64,000 nt of DNA from Gammaproteobacteria bacterium (GTDB lineage Bacteria > Pseudomonadota > Gammaproteobacteria > GCA-2400775): positions 4,359 to 68,358 of the forward strand of contig WGFU01000032.1 in the NCBI GenBank assembly GCA_015492075.1. The letters are read 5' to 3'. Positions 56,083 through 64,000 of the stretch are shown here, in pieces. Numbering within the stretch: position 1 is the first letter of the stretch; each line of letters begins with the position of its first letter. Below the pieces are notes generated by a model. It ran no database searches, was not told the DNA's origin, and saw nothing but the letters and a program-made list of their open reading frames with translations. Both the position numbers and the translations under genes were made by a program.

Positions 56083-57060
56083 ATGAACGATGCGAGCTTG
56101 CCCTATCAACAGCTGACACCAGACGTCATATTAAATGCTGTTGAGTCATTAGGATATATTTGTGATGGTCACCTTCTTGCGCTAAACAGCTACGAAAACC
56201 GTGTTTACCAAATAGGTATTGAAGGCAGTGCTCCGCTGATTGCAAAATTTTACCGGCCGGGACGTTGGTCGATCGATGCCATTAAAGAAGAGCACCAGTT
56301 TGCGCTGGAGCTGAGTGAACATGAAATACCGGTGGTTGCTCCCTTACACGATGCAAACGGTGACACTTTGCATACGACGCAAGCCTATCCGTTCGCACTC
56401 TATCCGCGCTGTGGTGGTCGCTGGCCAGAACTGGATACGAGACAAGACCGCGAGCAGATGGGGCGCCTTCTCGGTCGCTTGCATGCGGTCGGGGCGGCGC
56501 GGAAATTTCTGTACCGTCCGCGTATTGATATCGAGACCTTGGGTAGCAAGTCGCGCCAGTTTATTCTAGAACAAAACTTATTGCCCGATTATCTGGTTGC
56601 GGCCTATGACACCTTGACGCGTGATTTATTGCTTCAGATTGAATTACATTTCGAGTCGCTCAATAACTTGCAGCAGATACGACTGCATGGCGATTGCCAT
56701 CCCGGCAATATTTTGTGGACCGATACCGGCGCACATTTTGTCGATCTTGATGACAGTGCAACCGGGCCGCCGATACAAGATCTGTGGATGCTATTGTCAG
56801 GTGACAACAGTGAAATAGCGCAACAGATGGAAGATTTTCTCGCCGGGTACGAGACCTTTTTCACTTTTGACCATAGTAGCGTGATTCTTATAGAACCTTT
56901 ACGTACGCTACGCATCATGCACTATGCGGCCTGGCTCGCACGGCGCTGGCAAGACCCAGCCTTCCCCAAGGCTTTCCCCTGGTTTGGTTCGCCACGTTAT
57001 TGGGAAGAGCACATCCTCAGCCTGCGCGAGCAAGCTGCAGCTATGCAAGAGATTGCTTAA
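56083..57060 (+). CDS. srkA: Stress-response Ser/Thr kinase SrkA (YihE/RdoA)
   Basis: LTPDVILNAVESLGY..LNSYENRVYQ and HGDCHPGNILW. The start was moved to ATG 56083. Confidence 0.85.
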   Translation: MNDASLPYQQLTPDVILNAVESLGYICDGHLLALNSYENRVYQIGIEGSAPLIAKFYRPGRWSIDAIKEEHQFALELSEHEIPVVAPLHDANGDTLHTTQAYPFALYPRCGGRWPELDTRQDREQMGRLLGRLHAVGAARKFLYRPRIDIETLGSKSRQFILEQNLLPDYLVAAYDTLTRDLLLQIELHFESLNNLQQIRLHGDCHPGNILWTDTGAHFVDLDDSATGPPIQDLWMLLSGDNSEIAQQMEDFLAGYETFFTFDHSSVILIEPLRTLRIMHYAAWLARRWQDPAFPKAFPWFGSPRYWEEHILSLREQAAAMQEIA

Positions 57061-57202
57061 GTTATATTGGCCAAGGTAAGTAAAGTGGCAGGGAACAGTG
57101 AAGTAACGTAATCGTACCTGAGTGGGTGGCTTTGTATTCATGCCAGATGGCAAAGTTAGTGTCAGCCTTGCCGTTGATCCTTCTTTAGGGAATGACTGAT
57201 TT

Positions 57203-57538
57203 TTAGTTATCGGTTCTTTTCGGTAGCGACATGGTTGGAAACGGTGTCACGCTGCTAACATTGCCCGCAGCGGGTGAGATTTTGTTTGCACCGCGTTTCT
57301 TTACCTCATCGATGCGCAAGATAGAGTGCATGGGAACGAGCGTACGTGTGACACCTGAATATTCTGATTCTAAGCGCTCTTCCGTTGGGTCAATCACCAG
57401 TTCTGATTTTTCACCGAAGATAAGATCTTCAATTTCAATAAAACCAAAGAAATCACTTTGCCCCACATTGTGGGCGTGCAGTTCGTAGACTTCATCTTGG
57501 TTGATGAAGACAATGCGGTAAATAGTTTTTTCTGCCAT
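57203..57538 (-). CDS. DUF1820-like protein
   Basis: Begins MAEKTIYRIVFINQDEVYELHA. The start was moved to ATG 57538, which removes the overlap with the upstream gene. Confidence 0.7.
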   Translation of the reverse strand: MAEKTIYRIVFINQDEVYELHAHNVGQSDFFGFIEIEDLIFGEKSELVIDPTEERLESEYSGVTRTLVPMHSILRIDEVKKRGANKISPAAGNVSSVTPFPTMSLPKRTDN

Positions 57539-57539
57539 G

Positions 57540-58436
57540 TTATCGTACCTCACTGAGCAGTTTGGCAATCATCTGTTCGGCGCGCGGTGCGTAATTAGCG
57601 CCAAATAAATTAAGATGATTCAGTATATGATAAAGACTATATAGGGTTTTGCGCACAGAATAACCAGCTTCCTCGGGATAATGATGCCAATAGGCCTCAT
57701 AGAAACGTGGAGGAAAGCCACCGAATAGTTCTGTCATAGCTATATCGGTTTCGCGATCACCATAGTAAACAGCAGGATCAAAAATAACCGGTACGCCATG
57801 AGGGCAAATACCATAGTTGCCTGACCACAAATCACCATGTAGCAGCGACGCTTGGGGTTTATGAGACAGCAGTTGATCCAAATATCCGAGCAGCTCATGG
57901 GCTTTATCGATAAGTTGGCCGTGGTGACCATTGCTACCGGCCAAATCAATTTGGTAGCGTAATCGGTATTGGCCATAAAATTCGGGCCAGCTCTCACAGG
58001 GCGTGTTGATCTGCGGGGTCGAGCCTATGGTGTTATCGATATGCCAGCCGAAAGTACTCTGATTGAGGCGATGCATGGTCGCCAGTTGCTCGCCAAGTCG
58101 GTCGATGCTGCGCTTATCGCCACGTCCGAGTTCAAGGTAGTCCATAACGAGATAGGTGCTGCCATCGAATTCACCATAGCAGACAGGCTTTGGTGCCAGT
58201 ATGCTGCGGCTGTTAACAATGGCCATAAGGCCTTCGGCTTCGGCGGCAAACATGCCAGCATGGTTGACACTATTGGTTTTTACAAAATAGTTTCGACCCT
58301 GACCGCTGATTTTATAGCTGTTGTTAATGGAGCCACCGCTAACGGGGCGACAGTCTTGCAGGCTAAAGGGTTGTTGTTGATTGAGGCTGATATGCCGGCT
58401 CAGCGCCTCACTAAATGCTGGGTCAATCATAGCCAT
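57540..58436 (-). CDS. Fructosamine/ketosamine-3-kinase family protein
   Basis: 298 aa with an APH-like fold, LLHGDLWSGN, and the FN3K-family N-terminus. Confidence 0.85.
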   Translation of the reverse strand: MAMIDPAFSEALSRHISLNQQQPFSLQDCRPVSGGSINNSYKISGQGRNYFVKTNSVNHAGMFAAEAEGLMAIVNSRSILAPKPVCYGEFDGSTYLVMDYLELGRGDKRSIDRLGEQLATMHRLNQSTFGWHIDNTIGSTPQINTPCESWPEFYGQYRLRYQIDLAGSNGHHGQLIDKAHELLGYLDQLLSHKPQASLLHGDLWSGNYGICPHGVPVIFDPAVYYGDRETDIAMTELFGGFPPRFYEAYWHHYPEEAGYSVRKTLYSLYHILNHLNLFGANYAPRAEQMIAKLLSEVR

Positions 58437-58552
58437 GATGTTCGCATAGAACGCGAATCAAGGCGACTGTTAATCGGGGGAAGTGTTGTGCAGGGAGCCT
58501 GAAGGTCGGAGCCCCCTTAATCGGGGGCAAGTAGTTTCTCAGAAGAATATAA

Positions 58553-59698
58553 TTAAGCGCTGGCGGCGTTGTGAAAGTCAGCAGAAGCCAGTTTATTATC
58601 AATGGCCTCAAGCAGCGTATCAAATGATTTGGCGAAAATCTCGACACCCTGGGCTTCGAGTTCCTCGGTGACTGCATCAAGGTCGATACCGAGTTCGGGC
58701 AGCATATTGATTTGAAACCGCGCCAGGTCAACACCATGCTCAAGGGTAAGATGCGGGTGGCCATGTGAGCGCATGGCATCAAAGGTGGCTGGTGGCATGG
58801 TGTTCACGGTGTCTGGGCCGATTAATGTTTCGACATACAGCACGTCGCTGTAGTCAGGGTTTTTGGTGCCAGTACTGGCCCACAAAAGGCGCTGGGTTTG
58901 TGCTCCCGCTTCGCGTAGTTGTTGGAAGCGTTCACTGCCAAAGACTTCTTTGTAATTTTGATAAGAAACCTTGGCATTGGCGATAGCAATCTTGCCCATC
59001 AGCGCCAGGGCTTTTTTACGCTTGCTTTCGTCGCTGGCGATGGCTTGGGCTAGCATGCTGTCAATCGCGCTGTCGACGCGACTAATGAAGAAGCTGGCGA
59101 CGGAGGCGATCTTATTGATTGGTTTGCCAGATTTAAGGCGGGCTTCAAGCCCAGACAAGTAGGCATCCATGACTTCTTCGTGACGCTGGGAAGAAAAAAG
59201 CAAGGTTACGTTGACGTTAATGCCATCAGCGATCAATTGTTGAATGGCGACCAGTCCTGCGCGTGTAGCAGGCACCTTGATCATTAAATTGGGGCGGTCA
59301 ACGCGTTGCCAGAGTTCGCGTGCTTCAGCGATTGTGCCGTCGGCATCATGCGCCAGGTCAGGCCCGACTTCAAGGCTGATCATACCGTCTTTATCGTTGC
59401 TGGCGTCGTAGACCGGGCGCAGTATGTTGGCCGCTGCTTGCACGTCTTCTATGGCCAATGAAAAGAATAGTTCACGGGCGGTGGCGTTCGGCTCGGCGGC
59501 ACGCAACGCAGCCAATGCACCGTCGTAGTCACTGCTGCCATTAATCGCCTTTTCAAAAATAGAGGGGTTTGATGTCACCCCCTTGAGACCGTCGTCCTCT
59601 ACCAGTTTTTGCAACATCCCTGATGTCAGCATGGAACGTTGGATGTTGTCATACCATACGCTTTGGCCCAGGTTGCTTAATGTGAGTAATGGGTTCAT
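58553..59698 (-). CDS. tal: Transaldolase (long form)
   Basis: 381 aa with GQSVWYDNIQR, GVTSNPSIF and IKVPAT. Confidence 0.88.
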   Translation of the reverse strand: MNPLLTLSNLGQSVWYDNIQRSMLTSGMLQKLVEDDGLKGVTSNPSIFEKAINGSSDYDGALAALRAAEPNATARELFFSLAIEDVQAAANILRPVYDASNDKDGMISLEVGPDLAHDADGTIAEARELWQRVDRPNLMIKVPATRAGLVAIQQLIADGINVNVTLLFSSQRHEEVMDAYLSGLEARLKSGKPINKIASVASFFISRVDSAIDSMLAQAIASDESKRKKALALMGKIAIANAKVSYQNYKEVFGSERFQQLREAGAQTQRLLWASTGTKNPDYSDVLYVETLIGPDTVNTMPPATFDAMRSHGHPHLTLEHGVDLARFQINMLPELGIDLDAVTEELEAQGVEIFAKSFDTLLEAIDNKLASADFHNAASA

Positions 59699-59979
59699 TG
59701 GATTCTCCCTTCCTTAGTGTAGAGTCGGTTTCGCCATTTTCGGTTCCTTACTATAACGGTCATATTGCGCGTTAACTTTAAAGAAAGTATCCCGCGCGAC
59801 GTTATCAAAAAGCGTCCTCTATATTCCCTGAATTTTGTGGTGTCAGTCACAGAACCTGGCTGGAAATTGGCAGATACTCTGCTTCAAGGTCAGGGGTGGC
59901 GCTGAGGCGAGGAAGTAGTGGGGCGCAGTGCGCCCGGAGGGTACAAGCCATGTCCTACCGTCGTTACAGTTGGGTGGAT

Positions 59980-60303
59980 ATGTTGACGAATATGACTGCT
60001 CTGGCGGTTACGATATTGCTAGTTGTGCTGTTTAGCAATAACGCGTATGCGGCGCAATTTCCCGATGACCAGGCAAATGCAGCCAAGACTGTGGCCTTTG
60101 TGTCGGCAGCACAACTCATTGACAGCGTTAGCAAAGACGGGATCGCCATAGACAGGCGTTATCTGCGGGAGGTGGCCGAGGTGGATAGTGTCATCCATTA
60201 TAAATTCACGCAAAAGTGGGGACTTGGCGTCCGTTTCGATGGCACTTCACAAAATGATATTCTGGAGCCAACTTTATTTATGGGGTTCAGGAGCCGCTGG
60301 TAG
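59980..60303 (+). CDS. Hypothetical small secreted protein
   Basis: Signal peptide MLTNMTALAVTILLVVLFSNNAYA. No family recognised, and the start is inferred. Confidence 0.4.
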   Translation: MLTNMTALAVTILLVVLFSNNAYAAQFPDDQANAAKTVAFVSAAQLIDSVSKDGIAIDRRYLREVAEVDSVIHYKFTQKWGLGVRFDGTSQNDILEPTLFMGFRSRW

Positions 60304-60449
60304 CGGCAGCTCCGAGCGAGCCATACTATACGGCTTTTCCCGCCCGCGGCTGCCCCGCCTACACCCTACGCGCGAATCGCTGTGCTGTGCCGGCGCGGTT
60401 AGTTATTGATGATAAGACCCGCAACCACCGGTGCGACTTTGCTGTCTGG

Positions 60450-60866
60450 TTAATGGTGCTCGGCCTCTTCGTCATGTTCGTCGCCGAATACACGGTTTTC
60501 GAGCAAATGAGGCATGGTGGCAGCATAGCGCGCAACGGCTTCAGCGGCTAAAAACTGTGGCAATGCCTTGTCGGTTTCACCATGTGCCAGCAGTAATTTA
60601 CCTTTCGCTTCCAGCTCCTTGGCAATATTGATCATGGTTTGGGTATTGGTTTCGTCAATAGCCCGCTCCTTATACAGTCCCTCGCCTTGGTGTTCGGCGA
60701 GTTCGGCTTCGGCCCAAATAATTAGACCGGGTATGGTTTCTACCACCGCCTCAGTTGGGTTTTCCGCGGCATAGCTAAACGCCGGTGCGGTGTCATCGGC
60801 CTGCAAGGTAGCGATAAGAGTAAAACCAAGCAGAGCGGCTACAAGATAAATACATTGACGTGACAT
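60450..60866 (-). CDS. Hypothetical secreted helical protein with an acidic/His C-terminus
   Basis: Signal peptide ending TLQA and a C-terminal GDEHDEEAEHH. The start was moved to ATG 60866. Confidence 0.45.
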   Translation of the reverse strand: MSRQCIYLVAALLGFTLIATLQADDTAPAFSYAAENPTEAVVETIPGLIIWAEAELAEHQGEGLYKERAIDETNTQTMINIAKELEAKGKLLLAHGETDKALPQFLAAEAVARYAATMPHLLENRVFGDEHDEEAEHH

Positions 60867-61261
60867 GATCAGGCTCTCCAAATATAGACCGCGATAAGTG
60901 GGCGGCGAATTGATGTGAAGCTAATAATAAAAAAACCCACAGCGAGCGAGTTACACACAGGCGGTGGGGCTAACCAAGAAGAGAAGGGCTTTCATTTGGT
61001 TAAAATCGACTGGCCGCTATAGCTATAAGAGATAGCGGCTATAAAATTCGTTGTAATGTTGCAAAATCATCATACTTTGTCCTGATATAACAGAGTGTTA
61101 GCATCCCTTTGAGTTGGCTACTGACAGAGCGCAGCATAAAAGAATCACTTTTGCTAGAGTTAAAAGTAATATGCTGGTCTGTGTCAGCCGCTGCAGTGGG
61201 TGTCCGTCCTGATGGCGGTTACTAAGGTTTTCCTGTATTTGAATAAGAATATATATCAAAT

Positions 61262-61280
61262 GATAATGATTCTCATTGCT
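61262..61280. promoter_or_regulatory. Fur-box-like sequence GATAATGATTCTCATTGCT
   Basis: 14 of 19 matches to GATAATGATAATCATTATC, directly upstream of the membrane-protein/mpl unit. Confidence 0.3.
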
Positions 61281-61300
61281 AAGTCAAGGATTTTTTCGGT

Positions 61301-61864
61301 GTGTGCTTGCGCGTAGTCAAGCGCTGGCAGATCAGCTATGGTGGACTCGTGAACCGTTTTATCAGTACAGTGTTGGATATCTGCCTGTTGCGTGCAGGTC
61401 CACAGCAAATCCCTTTCAGTTCCAATTTGCTCATGATGTGTCTCATCGCTTATTTTGCTTTGGACGTCATGTTGGCGCGTTATTACATTCCCCTTATTGA
61501 TCCAGCAGTCTTTGCCTTAGTTGATGTCGCGCTGGTGCTGGGTTTTACATGGTTTTTGTTGTCGTTTAAGGGTTTTTATTCGCGTTTTACACAAACTGCT
61601 ATCGCGTTTTTAAGTAGCGGGGTGCTATTGGGGCTGGTGGCGTGGGCGCTGTTGAGCTGGCAGGCAAGTTTTGCTGGCAGCAAGACGGATATGGCACTTC
61701 CTTCATTATTATTATTGCTGCATCTGGTATGGAGTCTGGCCGTAATCAGTGGCATTGTGCGGCATGCTGTTTCAATCAGTCTTGTATGGGCATGGGGTGT
61801 GACCTTGGCCTACTTCTTTATATACATGATCATTATTCGTTTGGTTACCGTAGCATTTTCTTAA
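61301..61864 (+). CDS. Hypothetical polytopic membrane protein
   Basis: 4-5 TM segments. GTG 61349 (MNRFISTVLDICLLRAGPQQIP) is an equally plausible start. Confidence 0.5.
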   Translation: MCLRVVKRWQISYGGLVNRFISTVLDICLLRAGPQQIPFSSNLLMMCLIAYFALDVMLARYYIPLIDPAVFALVDVALVLGFTWFLLSFKGFYSRFTQTAIAFLSSGVLLGLVAWALLSWQASFAGSKTDMALPSLLLLLHLVWSLAVISGIVRHAVSISLVWAWGVTLAYFFIYMIIIRLVTVAFS

Positions 61865-61872
61865 GGGGTTTT

Positions 61873-63234
61873 ATGCACGTACACATACTCGGGATTTGCG
61901 GCACGTTTATGGGTGGGTTGGCCCTGCTTGCACGCGGCATGCGTCATCGCGTGACTGGTAGTGATGTCAATGTCTACCCACCGATGAGTACGCAATTAGC
62001 CAGTCAGGGCATAGAACTCTATGAAGGCTATGATGAAGCACAATTTAAAACCCGGCCGGATGTCGTTGTTATCGGCAATGCCCTGTCACGTGGCAATCCG
62101 GCAGTGGAATATGTGCTCAATAATAATATTCCGTATGTCTCCGGTCCCCAGTTTTTGGCCGCCGAGATATTGTCCAAGCGTTGGGTTTTGGCGGTAGCGG
62201 GCACTCATGGCAAAACGACCACTTCGAGTATGATCGCGCATATATTAGATTATGCTGGGATGTCTCCGGGGTTTCTTATTGGTGGTATTGCCCATGACTT
62301 GGAGGTGTCGGCCAAGCTGGGTAAGGAGCCTTTTTTTGTTATCGAGGCCGACGAATACGACACGGCGTTTTTCGACAAGCGTTCAAAGTTTGTCCATTAT
62401 CGGCCACGTACCTTGGTGTTGAATAATCTGGAATATGATCATGCCGATATTTTTCCCGACCTGGATGCCATTAAGCGCCAGTTTCATCATCTCGTGCGCA
62501 TCGTGCCTGCCAATGGTTTGATGGTGAACAATGTTGACGATGAAAATCTGAAAGATGTCTTAGCACAAGGTTGTTGGACACCATGCGAACCTTTTTCAAT
62601 TAGGCAACATAAAAGCGATAGTTGGCATGTCAGAAACGCAGCCGATGATTACAGCAGCTTTGATGTCTATTTTGGTGAAGATAAACAAGGATCCTTGCAA
62701 TGGCAGCTAAGCGGTTTGCACAATGTGGCCAATGCCCTGGCAGCAATTGCTGCGGCGCGTCATTCCGGTGTGCCGAGCAAGCATGCCATTGAGGCCTTGA
62801 GTGCCTTTGCGGGTGTTGCACGGCGTTTGCAAAATATTGCCTGTGTCAACGGTGTGACGGTTTACGATGATTTCGCCCACCATCCGACAGCAATCAAAAC
62901 AACGCTCGACGGTTTGCGGCGCAAGGTTGGCAAGCAGCGTGTAATCGCCGTCTTTGAGCCGCGTTCAAACACTATGCGTATGGGCGTGCATGAGCATACC
63001 CTTGCTGCATCATTTGTCGATGCAGACCAGGTAATTATTTATGCGCCCGATGGCTTGGGTTGGAATGTGTCTGGCGTGAGTGATGCCATTGGCGAGCATT
63101 GCCAGGTGTATAGTAATATCGAAGAACTGCGCCGTTTGTTGGCCGGCAGTGTCGGCTCGGGTGACCATATATTGATAATGAGCAATGGCGATGTTGGTGG
63201 CCTGCGTGAGAGGATAGCCGGTGACTTGGCTTAA
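61873..63234 (+). CDS. mpl: UDP-N-acetylmuramate:L-alanyl-gamma-D-glutamyl-meso-DAP ligase (Mpl)
   Basis: MHVHILGICGTFMGGLA N-terminus and the P-loop GTHGKTTTSSM. The ORF-track N-terminal extension (61642) was rejected. Confidence 0.9.
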   Translation: MHVHILGICGTFMGGLALLARGMRHRVTGSDVNVYPPMSTQLASQGIELYEGYDEAQFKTRPDVVVIGNALSRGNPAVEYVLNNNIPYVSGPQFLAAEILSKRWVLAVAGTHGKTTTSSMIAHILDYAGMSPGFLIGGIAHDLEVSAKLGKEPFFVIEADEYDTAFFDKRSKFVHYRPRTLVLNNLEYDHADIFPDLDAIKRQFHHLVRIVPANGLMVNNVDDENLKDVLAQGCWTPCEPFSIRQHKSDSWHVRNAADDYSSFDVYFGEDKQGSLQWQLSGLHNVANALAAIAAARHSGVPSKHAIEALSAFAGVARRLQNIACVNGVTVYDDFAHHPTAIKTTLDGLRRKVGKQRVIAVFEPRSNTMRMGVHEHTLAASFVDADQVIIYAPDGLGWNVSGVSDAIGEHCQVYSNIEELRRLLAGSVGSGDHILIMSNGDVGGLRERIAGDLA

Positions 63235-63462
63235 CGATAAAACACCGGCATTCTGATGTTATGCCTTGCCGCGCTGAGGTCAATGGCGGCGGGATCAAAG
63301 GTGGAAGAATGGCCAGTGCCTGAGGCCTTTGCTGGTTCGCTACGGCTAGTCAGCGCAGGTCGGTCGCAGACAATAAAACCGTGTTGAGCAAGGTCGAAGC
63401 AATAATATTTGACGATGCGCTATGACTGCGCAGGGCCGCAGGGAGTTAGCCCGCTGTGCAGT

Positions 63463-63503
63463 CCCATAACCAGGCAGTGGCTGAGCGACTGCCTGGTTAT
63501 GGG
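63463..63503. other. 16-bp-stem hairpin between convergent genes
   Basis: CCCATAACCAGGCAGT-ggctgagcg-ACTGCCTGGTTATGGG. There is no U tract on either strand. It may be a terminator or a REP-like element. Confidence 0.5.
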
Positions 63504-63507
63504 GCAC

Positions 63508-64000
63508 TTATAAAGACCAGCCCCAAAACGCGAGGAAGTCGGCGAACGGCCACATATTGGAGGCTTTCCGCTTCCAAGGTTTCAGGCTGGTGTAGAAGAT
63601 AGTACCGGTTTTTTCAGGATTGCCATAGTCTTTATCGACGCCGATAAAAGGATCCAGTGCCCACCAGCTCATGAGCAGTGCCTCGAAGGGTTTGTGTGAG
63701 CCCTTGACGTAGCCTTTACGCGCGCCTTCGTTCTCAAACATAGATATCGTCTTGTCACCCAGCGCTAGCGCGCGCAGCTCATGGACGCTGGCCAGTCGCA
63801 TTGGGGTGTGAAATCTACCGTAAGATAGTTTGCGTTCAGTCGTGGTGGACACATGATGTACGCGATGGCTCGCGTCACGTAAGTCAATAATAAGTCTACT
63901 ATTATTGCCATTAAGTTTGAGCGTGCCGGGCAATGTTTCACCAAATATAGTCTGCTGAGTCTCCGGCCAGTTGCGCGGATAAGCCGAATCTGCCAAGTGA
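63508..64000 (-). CDS. Hypothetical protein, probably truncated by the window end
   Basis: The frame is open to the last base of the window, and the ORF-track TTG start at 63996 is likely an artefact. No family recognised. Confidence 0.45.
   Translation of the reverse strand, partial: HLADSAYPRNWPETQQTIFGETLPGTLKLNGNNSRLIIDLRDASHRVHHVSTTTERKLSYGRFHTPMRLASVHELRALALGDKTISMFENEGARKGYVKGSHKPFEALLMSWWALDPFIGVDKDYGNPEKTGTIFYTSLKPWKRKASNMWPFADFLAFWGWSL

Noticed and set aside
61642-61872. N-terminal 77-codon extension of mpl in the ORF track
   Set aside because: The extension overlaps the preceding membrane-protein gene in another frame. The canonical Mpl N-terminus MHVHILGICG begins at ATG 61873.

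Overview
The window looks like a core-chromosome segment of a roughly 50% GC gammaproteobacterium. The gene order dsbA / engB / polA / DUF2782 / thrB matches Pseudomonas-type synteny. About 70 CDS are supportable. They include a complete type II secretion operon (gspC-D-E-F-G-H-I-J-K-L-M-N, 7.2-18.7 kb) that runs without a terminator into TRAP permease genes. Housekeeping genes are polA, uvrD, yifB/comM, glnK-amtB, speE/speA, argS, priA, hemJ, a ClC channel, tal and mpl. Several small accessory patches are unusually rich in eukaryote-type domains: a secreted animal-type heme peroxidase, an ankyrin lipoprotein, a full-length ketohexokinase homologue, a pentapeptide-repeat protein and two tandem spondin_N paralogues. 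I found no rRNA, tRNA, CRISPR array, IS/transposon, integrase or recognisable defence system. I also cannot point to a convincing multi-gene novel system. The most interesting signals are mostly non-coding or regulatory. (1) A 35-bp triple DnaA-box cluster (one box inverted, two tandem) sits next to an AT-rich repeat tract upstream of priA, in a DARS-like or origin-like layout. (2) A roughly 110-nt sRNA candidate lies between polA and engB. It has a sigmaE/AlgU-type promoter, an intrinsic terminator and two CCUCCC loops, in the position of Spot 42/ErsA. (3) An AmrZ-like Arc repressor is divergent from a tiny CsrA-like ORF, across an AT-rich region with a perfect 14-bp-arm palindrome. (4) A perfect CRP site lies upstream of the animal-type peroxidase. 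(5) NtrC-type UAS plus sigma54 promoter pairs precede glnK-amtB and, less expectedly, a TorF-family porin. (6) The first transmembrane helix of the ClC channel is encoded upstream of any ATG/GTG/TTG, which implies an SD-served AUU start overlapping the upstream stop codon. All functional calls rest on motif and family recognition by eye; no database search was run.
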